DNA of 64,000 nucleotides from the NCBI GenBank assembly GCA_964566225.1, contig CAZMHV010000002.1, positions 81,934-145,933 of the forward strand, given 5' to 3'. Below, in pieces: positions 1-10,302 of this stretch (position 1 is the stretch's first letter; each line of letters opens with the position of its first letter). Position numbers and translations under genes: made by a program. The DNA comes from an uncultured Gammaproteobacteria bacterium. Lineage in GTDB: Bacteria; Patescibacteriota; Patescibacteriia; Magasanikbacterales; UBA922. The notes beneath the pieces were generated by a model. The model was not told the DNA's origin, made no database searches, and saw only the letters and a program-made list of their open reading frames with translations.

Positions 1-2
1 TT

Positions 3-956
3 CGTTTTATTTGTGGCACAGAGTCGCAGCACAAAGTTTTGGAACAAAAAGTGAGTGAGTTTCTTGGTACCGAAGATACCATTTTGTATTCATCATGTTT
101 TGATGCCAATGGGGGATTGTTTGAAACCTTGCTTGGTGAAGAAGATGCTATTATTTCGGATAGTCTGAATCATGCGTCTATTATTGATGGAATTCGTTTG
201 TGCAAAGCAGAACGTCATCGTTATGCAAATAGTGACATGAATGAACTCGAAGAAATTTTGAAAAAAACACAAGAAAAAAGATTTCGCATGATTGCCACCG
301 ATGGTGTGTTCAGTATGGATGGCTCTGTTGCAAAGCTCAAAGAAATTTGTGATTTGGCGGACAAGTATGATGCACTGGTGATGGTAGATGATTCACATGC
401 CTCAGGATTCTTGGGTGAACACGGTCGCGGAAGTGTAGAATACTGTGGAGTAGAAGGACGAGTGGATGTGATTACTTCTACCTTTGGAAAAGCACTGGGC
501 GGTGCGAGTGGTGGATTTACGAGTGGCAAAAAACAAATTATTGATTTTTTGCGTCAACGTTCAAGACCGTACTTATTTTCGAATAGTCTCGCACCAGTCA
601 TTGTTGGAACCACGATTGCTATTTTTGACTCGCTTGCTGCCTCACCAGAAAAAATTACGAGTCTCCAAGAAAATGCAAAATATTTTCGTGAAAAAATGAA
701 ATCACTTGGTTTTGAACTGCGTGGTGTTGATCACCCAATTTCACCCGTGATGCTCTATGACGCAAAAGTGGCAGGAGAAATGGCAGCAAAACTTCTCGAA
801 GAAGGAATTTATGTGATTGGTTTTAGTTATCCTGTGGTGCCCCAGGGGCAAGCTCGAATTCGTGTGCAAATTTCGGCAGCGCATTCACGAGAAGATTTAG
901 ATAAATGTATTGGTGCCTTTGAAAAAATTGGAAGAGAGTTAAAAATAATACAATAA
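3..956 (+). CDS. kbl: 2-amino-3-ketobutyrate CoA ligase / 8-amino-7-oxononanoate synthase family (PLP class II aminotransferase), 5' partial
   Basis: Frame is open from the window edge. Translation (…[10 protein letters not shown]…[16 protein letters not shown]…MVDDSHASG…) resembles the Kbl/BioF family. Confidence 0.8.
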   Translation, partial: RFICGTESQHKVLEQKVSEFLGTEDTILYSSCFDANGGLFETLLGEEDAIISDSLNHASIIDGIRLCKAERHRYANSDMNELEEILKKTQEKRFRMIATDGVFSMDGSVAKLKEICDLADKYDALVMVDDSHASGFLGEHGRGSVEYCGVEGRVDVITSTFGKALGGASGGFTSGKKQIIDFLRQRSRPYLFSNSLAPVIVGTTIAIFDSLAASPEKITSLQENAKYFREKMKSLGFELRGVDHPISPVMLYDAKVAGEMAAKLLEEGIYVIGFSYPVVPQGQARIRVQISAAHSREDLDKCIGAFEKIGRELKIIQ

Positions 957-960
957 TTTT

Positions 961-1620
961 ATGTCTTTGAAAGCTGTTATCTTTGATATGGATGGGGTAC
1001 TTATTGATACGGAGCCTGCTTGGCGAGAAGTTGGAGCCAGAATTTATAGTTCTTATGGGGTTCCAATTGTCGCTGAAGATTGTAAACAGACTACAGGTAT
1101 GAGATTGGACGAAGAAGTTTTATATTGGTATAAAAAATTTCCTTGGCAAGGAAAGAATCTTGTAGACGTGGTACAAGAAGTTCAGAATGCCATGATAGAA
1201 GAGATCACCTATAATTCAAAATCTTTGCCCGGAGCTATGCAGGCACTCGATCAAATAAAGAATATGGGGCTTAAAGTTGGTTTGGCATCTTCTTCTGCAG
1301 AGGTTGTAATTAACACAGTATTAAAAAAGTTACAAAGAGAAAATTTTTTTGACGTGGTTTACTCTGCTGAGTTTGAACCTTATGGGAAGCCTCACCCCGC
1401 AGTATATTTAACTACTGCCCAAAAGTTGGGTGTGGATCCCGAGGACTGTATTGCCATCGAAGATTCGCTGAATGGCACAATAGCAGCAAAAGCTGCGAGG
1501 ATGAAGTGTATTACCGTACCAGATGCAGAGAGACGAAATCGAAAAGAATTCGGTATTGCAGATATGGTATTGGATTCACTGGAAGAGTTCAACCAAAATG
1601 TAATAGATGCACTCACTTAA
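961..1620 (+). CDS. HAD-superfamily hydrolase (beta-phosphoglucomutase-like, subfamily IA)
   Basis: N-terminal DMDGVLIDTE motif I and the typical HAD core. Confidence 0.75.
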   Translation: MSLKAVIFDMDGVLIDTEPAWREVGARIYSSYGVPIVAEDCKQTTGMRLDEEVLYWYKKFPWQGKNLVDVVQEVQNAMIEEITYNSKSLPGAMQALDQIKNMGLKVGLASSSAEVVINTVLKKLQRENFFDVVYSAEFEPYGKPHPAVYLTTAQKLGVDPEDCIAIEDSLNGTIAAKAARMKCITVPDAERRNRKEFGIADMVLDSLEEFNQNVIDALT

Positions 1621-1645
1621 TAAATAAATTTTTGACTTTAATTAT

Positions 1646-3466
1646 ATGTGTGGAATTGTTGGTTACATCGGACAAAAAATGGCAACACCTGTTCTTGTGC
1701 AGGGTCTTCGACGACTTGAGTATCGTGGATATGACAGTGCTGGAGTTGCACTTTTGGAAGAAGGTAATTTGCTTCGTATACGATCGGTTGGAAAGATTGA
1801 TGCTCTTTCAGAAAAAATGAAAGGACAAGAATTTAAATCAACGATTGGAATTGCACACACTCGCTGGGCAACGCACGGAGGAGTCACCGAAGAAAATGCA
1901 CATCCACATGTGGCACTCGATGGCAAACTTGTTTTGGTTCACAATGGAATTGTTGAAAATTACCGTGAGCTTCGTGATCAAATGAAACATATTACTTTTG
2001 TTTCACAAACAGATACCGAAGTACTTGCACATTTGGTTGGGGAACATTATAAAGGGAATTTGCGTGAGGCCGTAGAGGCAGCGCTTGCACATGTGCGTGG
2101 GACTTATGGAATTGTGGTGATGCACATGGATGAACCAAATCATTTGGTAGCTGCACGTATGGGGAGTCCAATTGTGGTTGGAGTCGGTGAAAATGAAAAT
2201 TATATTGCGTCAGATGCAACACCAATTTTGGCATACACCAAAAAAGTTATTTTTCTTGATGACGGAGAAATTGCGGATGTGAGTCGTGATGGAGTTGAAA
2301 TTTTTACTCTCAGTGATGTACATGTAGAAAAACTTGTAGAAGAAATTCAATGGGATGAAGGACAAGCACAATTACAAGGATTTCCACATTTCATGCTCAA
2401 AGAAATTTTTGATCAGCCAACCGTATTCAAAGATGCTATTCGTGGAAGATACAATATTGAAGAAAGTACTGCACACCTTGGTGGTCTCAATATGACGGAG
2501 GAAGAAATGCGTCGTGTGAGTCGTGTTATTTTTATTGCGTGTGGAACTGCTTCGTATGCGGGGATGATTGGTAAATATGCATTTGAAAAACTTGCGGGTA
2601 TTCCTGCAGAACTTGATGTTGCGAGTGAGTTTCGATATCGCGACCCAATTATTGACGAAAATACTTTGGTATTTGCTATTTCACAATCTGGTGAAACAGC
2701 AGATACTCTGGCTGCGGTACGTGAGGCCAAACGCAAAGGTGCGTTTGTACGTGGTATTGTGAATGTGGTTGGTTCAACGATTGCTCGTGAAACAGACGGT
2801 GGCACGTATATTCATGCAGGACCAGAGCTTGCTGTGGCTTCTACCAAGGCATATACAAATATGGTCGCCGTAGCAACACTCTATGCACTGCAATTTGGAC
2901 GTGTGCGAAAATTGTCGGCTGCATCGGGCGAAAAAATTGTGAATGCACTTCGTGAAATTTCAGAAAAAATGGAAGCCGTTTTGAAACAAAATGATGCTAT
3001 TAAAGAGTTAGTACAAAAATACAAAGGATGTTCTGATATGTTGTTTTTGGGTCGTGGTATCAATTATCCTGTGGCTCTTGAAGGATCACTCAAACTCAAA
3101 GAAATTTCATATATCCATGCCGAAGCGTATCCAGGTGGAGAAATGAAGCATGGTCCTATTGCCCTGCTTTCACCAGAATTTCCTGTGTTTGCGGTTATGA
3201 CCAAAAACTCTTTGTATGATAAAATGCGTAGTAATATTGAAGAAGTTCGAGCGCGTGGAGCCAAAGTAATTTTGCTTGCTACTGAAGGAGATGACAAGGC
3301 AAAAGAATTGGCCGAAGATGTGATTTATGTTCCCGAAACCATTGAAGTGCTTGAACCATTGGTAAATACTTTGCCACTTCAAATGTTTGCTTATCACATG
3401 GCAGTTGCACTTGGCAAAGATGTGGATAGACCACGAAATTTGGCCAAGAGTGTGACGGTTGAATAA
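1646..3466 (+). CDS. glmS: glutamine--fructose-6-phosphate aminotransferase
   Basis: MCGIVGY N-terminal nucleophile; two SIS domains; 606 aa. Confidence 0.95.
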   Translation: MCGIVGYIGQKMATPVLVQGLRRLEYRGYDSAGVALLEEGNLLRIRSVGKIDALSEKMKGQEFKSTIGIAHTRWATHGGVTEENAHPHVALDGKLVLVHNGIVENYRELRDQMKHITFVSQTDTEVLAHLVGEHYKGNLREAVEAALAHVRGTYGIVVMHMDEPNHLVAARMGSPIVVGVGENENYIASDATPILAYTKKVIFLDDGEIADVSRDGVEIFTLSDVHVEKLVEEIQWDEGQAQLQGFPHFMLKEIFDQPTVFKDAIRGRYNIEESTAHLGGLNMTEEEMRRVSRVIFIACGTASYAGMIGKYAFEKLAGIPAELDVASEFRYRDPIIDENTLVFAISQSGETADTLAAVREAKRKGAFVRGIVNVVGSTIARETDGGTYIHAGPELAVASTKAYTNMVAVATLYALQFGRVRKLSAASGEKIVNALREISEKMEAVLKQNDAIKELVQKYKGCSDMLFLGRGINYPVALEGSLKLKEISYIHAEAYPGGEMKHGPIALLSPEFPVFAVMTKNSLYDKMRSNIEEVRARGAKVILLATEGDDKAKELAEDVIYVPETIEVLEPLVNTLPLQMFAYHMAVALGKDVDRPRNLAKSVTVE

Positions 3467-3499
3467 TCCTTTTGTTATCGCGGTAAAACTTTTTTTAGT

Positions 3500-4468
3500 A
3501 TGAAAAAAATAGTCACAATTGGTGGAGGTGGAGGACACAGCGCTATTGTCCAAGCTTTGAAAGATTTACCCATTGATCTGACTGTTTTGTGTAATACGGT
3601 TGATGATGGAGGTGGAAGTGGAATTTTGGTGCATCAATATGGTGTTCATTCACCTGGAGATTTTCGTCGTGTGGTGACAAGCCTGGCACAAAAAAATGCC
3701 GATGGGTTGAATTATAGATTTGACTCTGGCGTCAATCAAGGTCAGACCGTATTCAATTTGATGCTTGCAGGTCTTGAACTTTCAACTGGTTCTGTGCAGG
3801 GAGCAATTGATACCGTGCGTGATTGGTTTGGAATTGTGCCAATGATTGCGCCTATTACCGAGGGTGTTCCTGTACTCCATGCCAAAACAGTTTCCGGCAA
3901 AGAAATTGTCGGACAATCGAATGTCGTAAAGCATGTGTGGTCACAGCAAGATCCAATTGAACAAATTTTTCTTGAACCCAAAGAAATAAAATTGAGTGAT
4001 GTTGCTCGCACTGCTTTGCATGAAGCAGATTATATTGTTGTATGTATGGGAGATTTGTATAGTAGCATTGCACCTTTTTTTGCCATTGAAGAAGTCAAAC
4101 AAATGTGGTCGAAACTAAGTGCCAAGGTTATTTGGCTTCCAAACGTGGCAGTAACTCCAGGACATGTGCATTATAAAAGTACCTCCCGTGCTCTCAAGTT
4201 TTTGCAATCACTGTCTCCACTTTTTATTCCTGATATGGTTGTAACACATGCCGGTGAAATTTCTGCAGATATAAAAAATGCATTGCAACAAAAAGGGTAT
4301 GGAGTTTCTGAACAAGATATTGTTTCAACTGAACAAACACAGGTTGTTGCAGAACCTTTGATAGAGTCACAAGGTATTGTAAATTCACATGCGGACAACA
4401 TTGAACGCAGCCCAATTTTATATAATATTTCACTCCTGAAAAATATTTTTGAAAAAATAATTGTATGA
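3500..4468 (+). CDS. CofD/YvcK (UPF0052) family protein, gluconeogenesis factor-like
   Basis: KIVTIGGGGGHS glycine-rich N-terminus and DDGGGSG motif typical of the YvcK/CofD family. Confidence 0.6.
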   Translation: MKKIVTIGGGGGHSAIVQALKDLPIDLTVLCNTVDDGGGSGILVHQYGVHSPGDFRRVVTSLAQKNADGLNYRFDSGVNQGQTVFNLMLAGLELSTGSVQGAIDTVRDWFGIVPMIAPITEGVPVLHAKTVSGKEIVGQSNVVKHVWSQQDPIEQIFLEPKEIKLSDVARTALHEADYIVVCMGDLYSSIAPFFAIEEVKQMWSKLSAKVIWLPNVAVTPGHVHYKSTSRALKFLQSLSPLFIPDMVVTHAGEISADIKNALQQKGYGVSEQDIVSTEQTQVVAEPLIESQGIVNSHADNIERSPILYNISLLKNIFEKIIV

Positions 4469-4950
4469 TAAGACGAGCTACGTCACAAGATATTCAAGCT
4501 ATTGCTGACCTCGATAGACTCGGATTTAGTGGTAATCGTCCACCCGGTGTTGCCGAAAAGTGGATTGGCACAAATTTTGCACGAGGTGATCAGTACCAGT
4601 ACTTTGTGTTTGAAAAGGATGGTATGATAGCAGGGTTTATTGCCTGGGAAATAAAAAATGGTTTTGCCCGTGAAGTCCCAATTATTGAACTTGAAAAATT
4701 TGCGGTACATCCAGATTTTCGCGGGCAGGGCATTGGCACAGCGCTCATTGATGAAACTTTTCCTGTCATGAAAGAGTGGATTCACACTTTTTTACCAGAG
4801 GCCAAAGAAATGAGAGTCATTGTCTGGTGTTTGAAAGGAAATGACAAGGCTCTTGAACTGTATAAAAAGATCTGTGGTGATGGTGTGAAAGGTGAAAGAA
4901 GTATTTTTTCAAGTGATGAAGTACTGCTTCGTGGGACATATACTTTATAA
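4465..4950 (+). CDS. GNAT family N-acetyltransferase
   Basis: FAVHPDFRGQGIGTALI acetyl-CoA-binding motif; start overlaps upstream stop (ATGA). Confidence 0.7.
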   Translation: MIRRATSQDIQAIADLDRLGFSGNRPPGVAEKWIGTNFARGDQYQYFVFEKDGMIAGFIAWEIKNGFAREVPIIELEKFAVHPDFRGQGIGTALIDETFPVMKEWIHTFLPEAKEMRVIVWCLKGNDKALELYKKICGDGVKGERSIFSSDEVLLRGTYTL

Positions 4951-4984
4951 CAAAAATTGATTATACTAGAGAAATAAATTTTGA

Positions 4985-5875
4985 GTGTTTTTTATGGAAT
5001 TAAAAATTGTCGCAACGCATCCATCTTTAGATTACGAACTCATTGATTCTGGTGATGGAGAAAAACTTGAACGATACGGAAAATATACATTTCGTCGTCC
5101 AGACCCACAAGCACTGTGGGCAAAAAATGTATCAGCCAAACAATGGAATGAGGCACATTTTTCTTTTCGTCGAGATGGTAAAAAAGGTGATTGGATTGTA
5201 GCGTCTGGTGTAGAAGAACGTTGGCAAATTGCTTTTGGAACATTGAAATTTTGGATTCGTCCAACAGCTTTTAAACATACTGGATTATTTCCTGAACAGT
5301 TGCCAAATTGGGAATGGATGCAAAACGTTATTCGTGCCTCAGACAAAAAAGAAATAAAAGTATTAAATTTGTTTGGTTACACCGGTGGAGCTTCACTTGC
5401 GTGTGCTCAGGCAGGAGCCTCTGTGGTGCATGTGGATGGTTCCAAGGTTGCTATTGGTTGGGGTAAGGACAATGCCGCACTTTCTGGTCTTTCAGAAAAA
5501 CCAATTCGTTGGATACTCGATGATGCTCGTGAATTTGTGCGACGTGAAATTAAACGGGGCAATAAATATGATGGCATTATTCTTGATCCACCAGCTTTTG
5601 GTCATGGGCCAAATAAAGAATTGTGGAAAATTGAAGAACATCTCCCAGAGCTCTTAAAAATGTGTGGTGAAATTTTGTCCGATCAACCTTTGTTTTTTTT
5701 GATTAACGGATACGCCTCTGGATATTCTGCAATTGCTTATGAAAATAATCTTACACCAATGCTTACCAAATTTGGTGGTGATTTTGAAAAAGGTGAACTG
5801 ACTATTGAAGAATCACAAACAGGTAGACTCTTACCATGTGGAATTTTTGCACGATGGAGTAATTCAACTCTATAA
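4985..5875 (+). CDS. class I SAM-dependent methyltransferase (RlmI/Methyltrans_SAM-like, no PUA domain)
   Basis: LNLFGYTGG…VDGS… and DPPAFG motifs resemble the RlmI/RlmK-type rRNA MTase C-terminal domain. Confidence 0.55.
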   Translation: MFFMELKIVATHPSLDYELIDSGDGEKLERYGKYTFRRPDPQALWAKNVSAKQWNEAHFSFRRDGKKGDWIVASGVEERWQIAFGTLKFWIRPTAFKHTGLFPEQLPNWEWMQNVIRASDKKEIKVLNLFGYTGGASLACAQAGASVVHVDGSKVAIGWGKDNAALSGLSEKPIRWILDDAREFVRREIKRGNKYDGIILDPPAFGHGPNKELWKIEEHLPELLKMCGEILSDQPLFFLINGYASGYSAIAYENNLTPMLTKFGGDFEKGELTIEESQTGRLLPCGIFARWSNSTL

Positions 5876-5909
5876 TTATTTTTTATACATAAAGTATAAG
5901 TGTGCTCTT

Positions 5910-6473
5910 ATGAAGAAATCTTTATTGGTTTTGGGTGTTGGAACAATTTTTTTGACAGGTTGTTCCTCGGTAACTCCTATAAAAGAAGTCTCAATGCCAG
6001 TTCAACCACCACAAGAACAAAAACGTATTGAACAAAAAGTAATAACGACAAATTCTATGGAAAATAATATTCAAAATATTGATGCACTCGTTGCTGCAAA
6101 AGAGTTGTATACATACGAGCTTCCTATTGCCAATAGTGTTATCACCAAACGTGAAGTTTCTGGATATCTTGATGCAGAAAAAACTGGAAAAATTTCTAAA
6201 GTTGAAATTGGTATGGGTGAAGTAAAAGATGAATACTATTTTGAAAAAGGTACTTTGGTTTTTCTCCGTACTACTACACAATTTACGGTAGATGGAAAAG
6301 CTGATACTCAAATTCGTGAGATGAGTTTTGAAAATGGAAAAATGGTAAAGCATATGAAAAATGCTCAGGTAGTTACCGATACAAGTAATAACGCATCACT
6401 CGAAGAACAAAGTATTACCGATGCTGCAACACTCTTTGAAGAATTTGAAATGAAAAAAGAATTGAATGGTTAA
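5910..6473 (+). CDS. hypothetical lipoprotein
   Basis: MKKSLLVLGVGTIFLTGCSS signal peptide plus lipobox. The track ORF starts at 5805 but overlaps the upstream gene; the internal ATG at 5910 is in frame. Confidence 0.6.
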   Translation: MKKSLLVLGVGTIFLTGCSSVTPIKEVSMPVQPPQEQKRIEQKVITTNSMENNIQNIDALVAAKELYTYELPIANSVITKREVSGYLDAEKTGKISKVEIGMGEVKDEYYFEKGTLVFLRTTTQFTVDGKADTQIREMSFENGKMVKHMKNAQVVTDTSNNASLEEQSITDAATLFEEFEMKKELNG

Positions 6474-7152
6474 TATGGATTTGCGAGTACTCTACGAAGA
6501 TAATCATATTATTGCTGTGTATAAACCCTCTGGCATGCTCGTGCAGGGGGATCATTCTGGCGACTCAACACTTATGGATGAGGTGAAGTATTATCTCAAA
6601 CAAAAGTATGACAAGCCAGGCAATGTATTTCTCGGCATGGTACACCGCCTTGATCGTCCGGTCAGTGGTATTGTTTTGTTTGCCAAGACGAGCAAGGGGG
6701 CATCGAGACTCTCAGAACAGTTTCGCACACACAGCATTCAAAAAATCTATCATGCACTGGTTTTGGGTACTCCAAAATTGCCCACAGGAACCCTCATAAA
6801 TTACCTCAAAAAGGATGCTGACAAAAATTTTGTACGGGTGTATGATACTCCTACTCCAGATGCGCTCCGGGCTGAGCTGGATTATGAAGTGGTTTCGTCT
6901 CATGGTGGTAGATCGATCTTGAAAGTTGTTCTCAAAACTGGTCGTCCTCACCAAATTCGTTCGCAGCTTGCCCATATTGGGTGTCCTATTGTGGGTGACG
7001 TAAAATATGGTGCTCCAGAAGAACGGGAAGTAACATCACATGGTGAAAAGCATAGTAGTATTTCACTGTGTGCTACCTCGGTTATGTTTAAATTGGCTAC
7101 CCAAGAAGAATATAAATGTATTGAAATTCCCATTCCATCGGAGTGGGGCTAA
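6466..7152 (+). CDS. RluA-family pseudouridine synthase (no S4 domain)
   Basis: HRLDRPVSGIVLFAKT catalytic Asp motif. Confidence 0.8.
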   Translation: MVNMDLRVLYEDNHIIAVYKPSGMLVQGDHSGDSTLMDEVKYYLKQKYDKPGNVFLGMVHRLDRPVSGIVLFAKTSKGASRLSEQFRTHSIQKIYHALVLGTPKLPTGTLINYLKKDADKNFVRVYDTPTPDALRAELDYEVVSSHGGRSILKVVLKTGRPHQIRSQLAHIGCPIVGDVKYGAPEEREVTSHGEKHSSISLCATSVMFKLATQEEYKCIEIPIPSEWG

Positions 7153-7167
7153 CAATTATAGGAGAGT

Positions 7168-7641
7168 ATGTATGTTTCCTCAAAGTTGCGTTTGATGGAA
7201 GAGAATGGTTTTCGTTCTTTAATCTCAGACGGAATTTTTGAATCAAATGAAATAATTTTGAATTTTGAACGAAATTTTGTTGCTGTTCCAGATACTGTGA
7301 CCTTACAAATTGGTGAGAATATGCACCAATTGAGTAGAGATAAAAATGCTTTTGAAAATTTTGTGAATCATAGTTGTGAGCCTACGGCATATATTGATTT
7401 TCAGAATCTTTCTTTGAAAGCCTTCCGAAAAATTGAAATCGGTGAGGTGATAACTTATAATTATTTTACGACAGATTATCATTCAAAAGACATTTTTAAC
7501 TGCAACTGTAGGTCAAAAAAATGTAAAAAAGTTATTAATGGTTTTATGAATCTATCGTATCAAGAAATGCAAGCACTCGAACCATATCTTTCTCCTTTTT
7601 TGAAACAAAAAATGAAAGAGTTGGTATATGCACGAGTATAA
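7168..7641 (+). CDS. SET-domain protein (putative protein-lysine methyltransferase)
   Basis: NHSCEPT signature, an EVITYNY-type Tyr motif and a post-SET Cys cluster CNCRSKKC. Confidence 0.7.
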   Translation: MYVSSKLRLMEENGFRSLISDGIFESNEIILNFERNFVAVPDTVTLQIGENMHQLSRDKNAFENFVNHSCEPTAYIDFQNLSLKAFRKIEIGEVITYNYFTTDYHSKDIFNCNCRSKKCKKVINGFMNLSYQEMQALEPYLSPFLKQKMKELVYARV

Positions 7642-7671
7642 AATTCTATTTTGTAATTGTATTGACATGTT

Positions 7672-8862
7672 ATGAACTTGTACGAATTTGAAGGAAAAAA
7701 TATTTTTGAAAAATATGGAATAAAAATTCCACGTGGTGTGGTGGTGCGCCGCGATGATAATTTTATTGCCAAATATAGTGAACTTGGACTCACTGATGTT
7801 GTTGTGAAAGCACAAGTTCTTTCTGGAAAGCGTGGCAAGGGCGGGGGAATTAAGTTTGCTTCATCAGACGAAGAAGTACAAAAGGCCTGTGCTGAAATTT
7901 TTGCCATGGAAATTCGAGGGCAGTATGTGGCGGCTATTCGTATTGAAGAAAAATTATCAATTGCGGAAGAACACTATCTTTCTATTACGTACGATACAAA
8001 TCGTAAACAGCCAGTTTTGATTTACAGTCGTGATGGGGGAATGGATATTGAAGATGTCCCTGAAGAAAAAATTGTAAAACAAAATTTGGATATTCAAAAA
8101 GAAATGATTGAAAGTGAAATTCCTTTTGCACAAAATTTGTGGAATTGTTTTTTGAAAGAAGATACACGGGTGGTGGAAATTAATCCACTCGTGAAAACAA
8201 CTTCGGGTGAGTGGATCGCCGCAGATGCCAAAATTGCGATCGATGATGATGCATTTTACAGGCATGAAGACTGGAAAGCTTTGGAGCCTCGTACTATGAT
8301 GGGACGACTCCCAACTGATCGTGAAAATGATGCCAAAAAAATTGATGAAGGGGAAGCGTATTATCGTGGAACCGCAGGAAAATATATTGAAATGGATGGC
8401 AATATCGCTATTCTCTTTTCTGGTGGTGGTGCGAGTATTGCCAATATGGATGCCCTCATGAAAGCCGGTCTTACCCCTGCCAATTACACAGAATATTCAG
8501 GAAATCCTCCTCGTGAAAAAGTCCATGCACTTGCCAAGGTGGTTCTGAGTAAACCAGGTCTTCAGGGCCTGTGGATTGCCGGAGGTGTGGCAAATTTTAC
8601 CAATGTATCAGAAACCTTTCATGGAATTGTTGATGCACTTGATGAATTGAAACCAACCTATCCAATTGTGGTGCGACGTGCAGGACCATTTGAAAAAGAG
8701 GGAATGGAATTGATGAAAGAATGTGCAAAAAGAAATAATTTACACATGAAATTTTTTGGGAAAGAAACGTCAATGAGTGATACTGCTGAAATTTTGGCAA
8801 AAGCAGTAAAAGAAAGTATTCCTTTTGAACAATCCGATGAATGGCCTATTTATTGGCCATAA
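7672..8862 (+). CDS. sucC: succinyl-CoA synthetase beta-subunit-like ATP-grasp protein (alternatively AclB / citryl-CoA synthetase large subunit)
   Basis: MNLYEFEGKNIFEKYGI N-terminus; ATP-grasp plus CoA-ligase domain; 396 aa. Confidence 0.75.
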   Translation: MNLYEFEGKNIFEKYGIKIPRGVVVRRDDNFIAKYSELGLTDVVVKAQVLSGKRGKGGGIKFASSDEEVQKACAEIFAMEIRGQYVAAIRIEEKLSIAEEHYLSITYDTNRKQPVLIYSRDGGMDIEDVPEEKIVKQNLDIQKEMIESEIPFAQNLWNCFLKEDTRVVEINPLVKTTSGEWIAADAKIAIDDDAFYRHEDWKALEPRTMMGRLPTDRENDAKKIDEGEAYYRGTAGKYIEMDGNIAILFSGGGASIANMDALMKAGLTPANYTEYSGNPPREKVHALAKVVLSKPGLQGLWIAGGVANFTNVSETFHGIVDALDELKPTYPIVVRRAGPFEKEGMELMKECAKRNNLHMKFFGKETSMSDTAEILAKAVKESIPFEQSDEWPIYWP

Positions 8863-8880
8863 TTGTAATAAATTTGTTGT

Positions 8881-9396
8881 ATGAAAAAATATTTTCTTAT
8901 TCTTTTGTTTTTTGTGGGAGTGACACTGAGTATATTTTTTGGTGTTCGTTTTCAAAAAGAAAATGCTGTTACACGCGTAGAAAATCAAGAACTCTTTGAA
9001 CAAATTTTGATGAATCCTTTTGCCGGAGGAGTAAGTGATATTCAAGGATTTAAAAACCAAAAAGGAAAGTCTGATACATATTTTAAATTTCGTGTTACGA
9101 ATGAACAAAAAGAAGTATTGTTGAAGCTGCATGAATATAAAAAAATCGACTGTACCAATGAAGCCGTGTTGTCAAAGTTGCTTGCACCAGAAAAAACAAA
9201 AAACATTGTAGAAGGATCAACTTCTTTTTGGAATGTAAGTGAAGTTGAAAATAAAGTTTGTTATGCAACTTTTTTGTTCACTGCATCTGGAATTGAAGGA
9301 AGGTTGTATTCAAATAATTTGAGACAACGCGCACAAAGTGAGATGGTAATTGACGAAAAAAATAACGTGGTGTATTTTCATGAATCAGGAATATAA
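8881..9396 (+). CDS. hypothetical membrane-anchored protein
   Basis: N-terminal TM helix; no recognisable motif; sits between the sucC-like and sucD-like genes. Confidence 0.4.
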   Translation: MKKYFLILLFFVGVTLSIFFGVRFQKENAVTRVENQELFEQILMNPFAGGVSDIQGFKNQKGKSDTYFKFRVTNEQKEVLLKLHEYKKIDCTNEAVLSKLLAPEKTKNIVEGSTSFWNVSEVENKVCYATFLFTASGIEGRLYSNNLRQRAQSEMVIDEKNNVVYFHESGI

Positions 9397-9405
9397 AAAT
9401 TTTGT

Positions 9406-10302
9406 ATGTCTATTTTGCTCCAACCCAATACACAAGTACTTATCCAGGGGATGACTGGTAAAGAAGGTCAAAAAGCAGCGAAAGCTATGCTGGATTATGG
9501 CACACAAGTAGTATGTGGTGTCACTCCCAATAAAGGTGGACAAGAAGTCGAAGGAAGGCCTATTTTTAACTCTGTGGGTGAGGCAAAAGCTCAATTTCCA
9601 GAATTATCTGTGTCTGCCGTATATGTGCCTCCCTTTGCTGCCAAGGCTGCAATTTTGGAAGCCATTGAAAATGATATAAAACTTATCAATATTATTGTTG
9701 AGCGGATTCCTATCCAAGATACGGCGTACTGTTTGGCGGCGGCACGTGAACGTGGTGTACAAATTTTAGGACCAAGTTCACTTGGGTTTATGATTCCGGG
9801 GGTAGGCCGCATTGGTGTCGTCGGTGGACCACTTGAATTGGCCAATCAAGTATTTCAATCTGGGAGCATTGGTGTCATTTCTCGCTCTGGTGGCATGACC
9901 AATGAAATTTCTTGGCAAATTCGCAAAGCAGGCATGGGCCAAAGTGCTGCCGTGCATGTGGGAGGGGACTTACTCATGGGAACCACTTATGCAGATTTAC
10001 TTCGTTTATTTGAAAAAGATGATGCCACGAAAGGTGTTGTGCTTTTTGGTGAACATGGGGGAAGTTATGAATTTGAAATTGTAGAAGCGATTCAAAAGAA
10101 AGAATATACGAAGCCACTTGCGATTTATATTGGTGGCAAGTTTGCCAACTCTTTGCCCGAGGGTATGAATATTGGTCATGCTGGAGCGATTGTGGAGCGG
10201 GGCAAGGGTGCTGCAGAAAAAGAGAAGGCGCTCAGTGATGTTGGTGTTATGATTGCAGAGCGATATGAAGATTTAGTTACTTTAATTCAACCCTTTGCTT
10301 AA
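9406..10302 (+). CDS. sucD: succinyl-CoA synthetase alpha-subunit-like CoA-binding protein
   Basis: CoA-binding Rossmann N-terminus (LIQGMTGKEGQ) and a His-loop region. Confidence 0.75.
   Translation: MSILLQPNTQVLIQGMTGKEGQKAAKAMLDYGTQVVCGVTPNKGGQEVEGRPIFNSVGEAKAQFPELSVSAVYVPPFAAKAAILEAIENDIKLINIIVERIPIQDTAYCLAAARERGVQILGPSSLGFMIPGVGRIGVVGGPLELANQVFQSGSIGVISRSGGMTNEISWQIRKAGMGQSAAVHVGGDLLMGTTYADLLRLFEKDDATKGVVLFGEHGGSYEFEIVEAIQKKEYTKPLAIYIGGKFANSLPEGMNIGHAGAIVERGKGAAEKEKALSDVGVMIAERYEDLVTLIQPFA

Noticed and set aside
5805-5909. 5' extension of the lipoprotein ORF
   Set aside because: Overlaps the preceding methyltransferase gene; the internal ATG at 5910 gives a canonical signal peptide plus lipobox.
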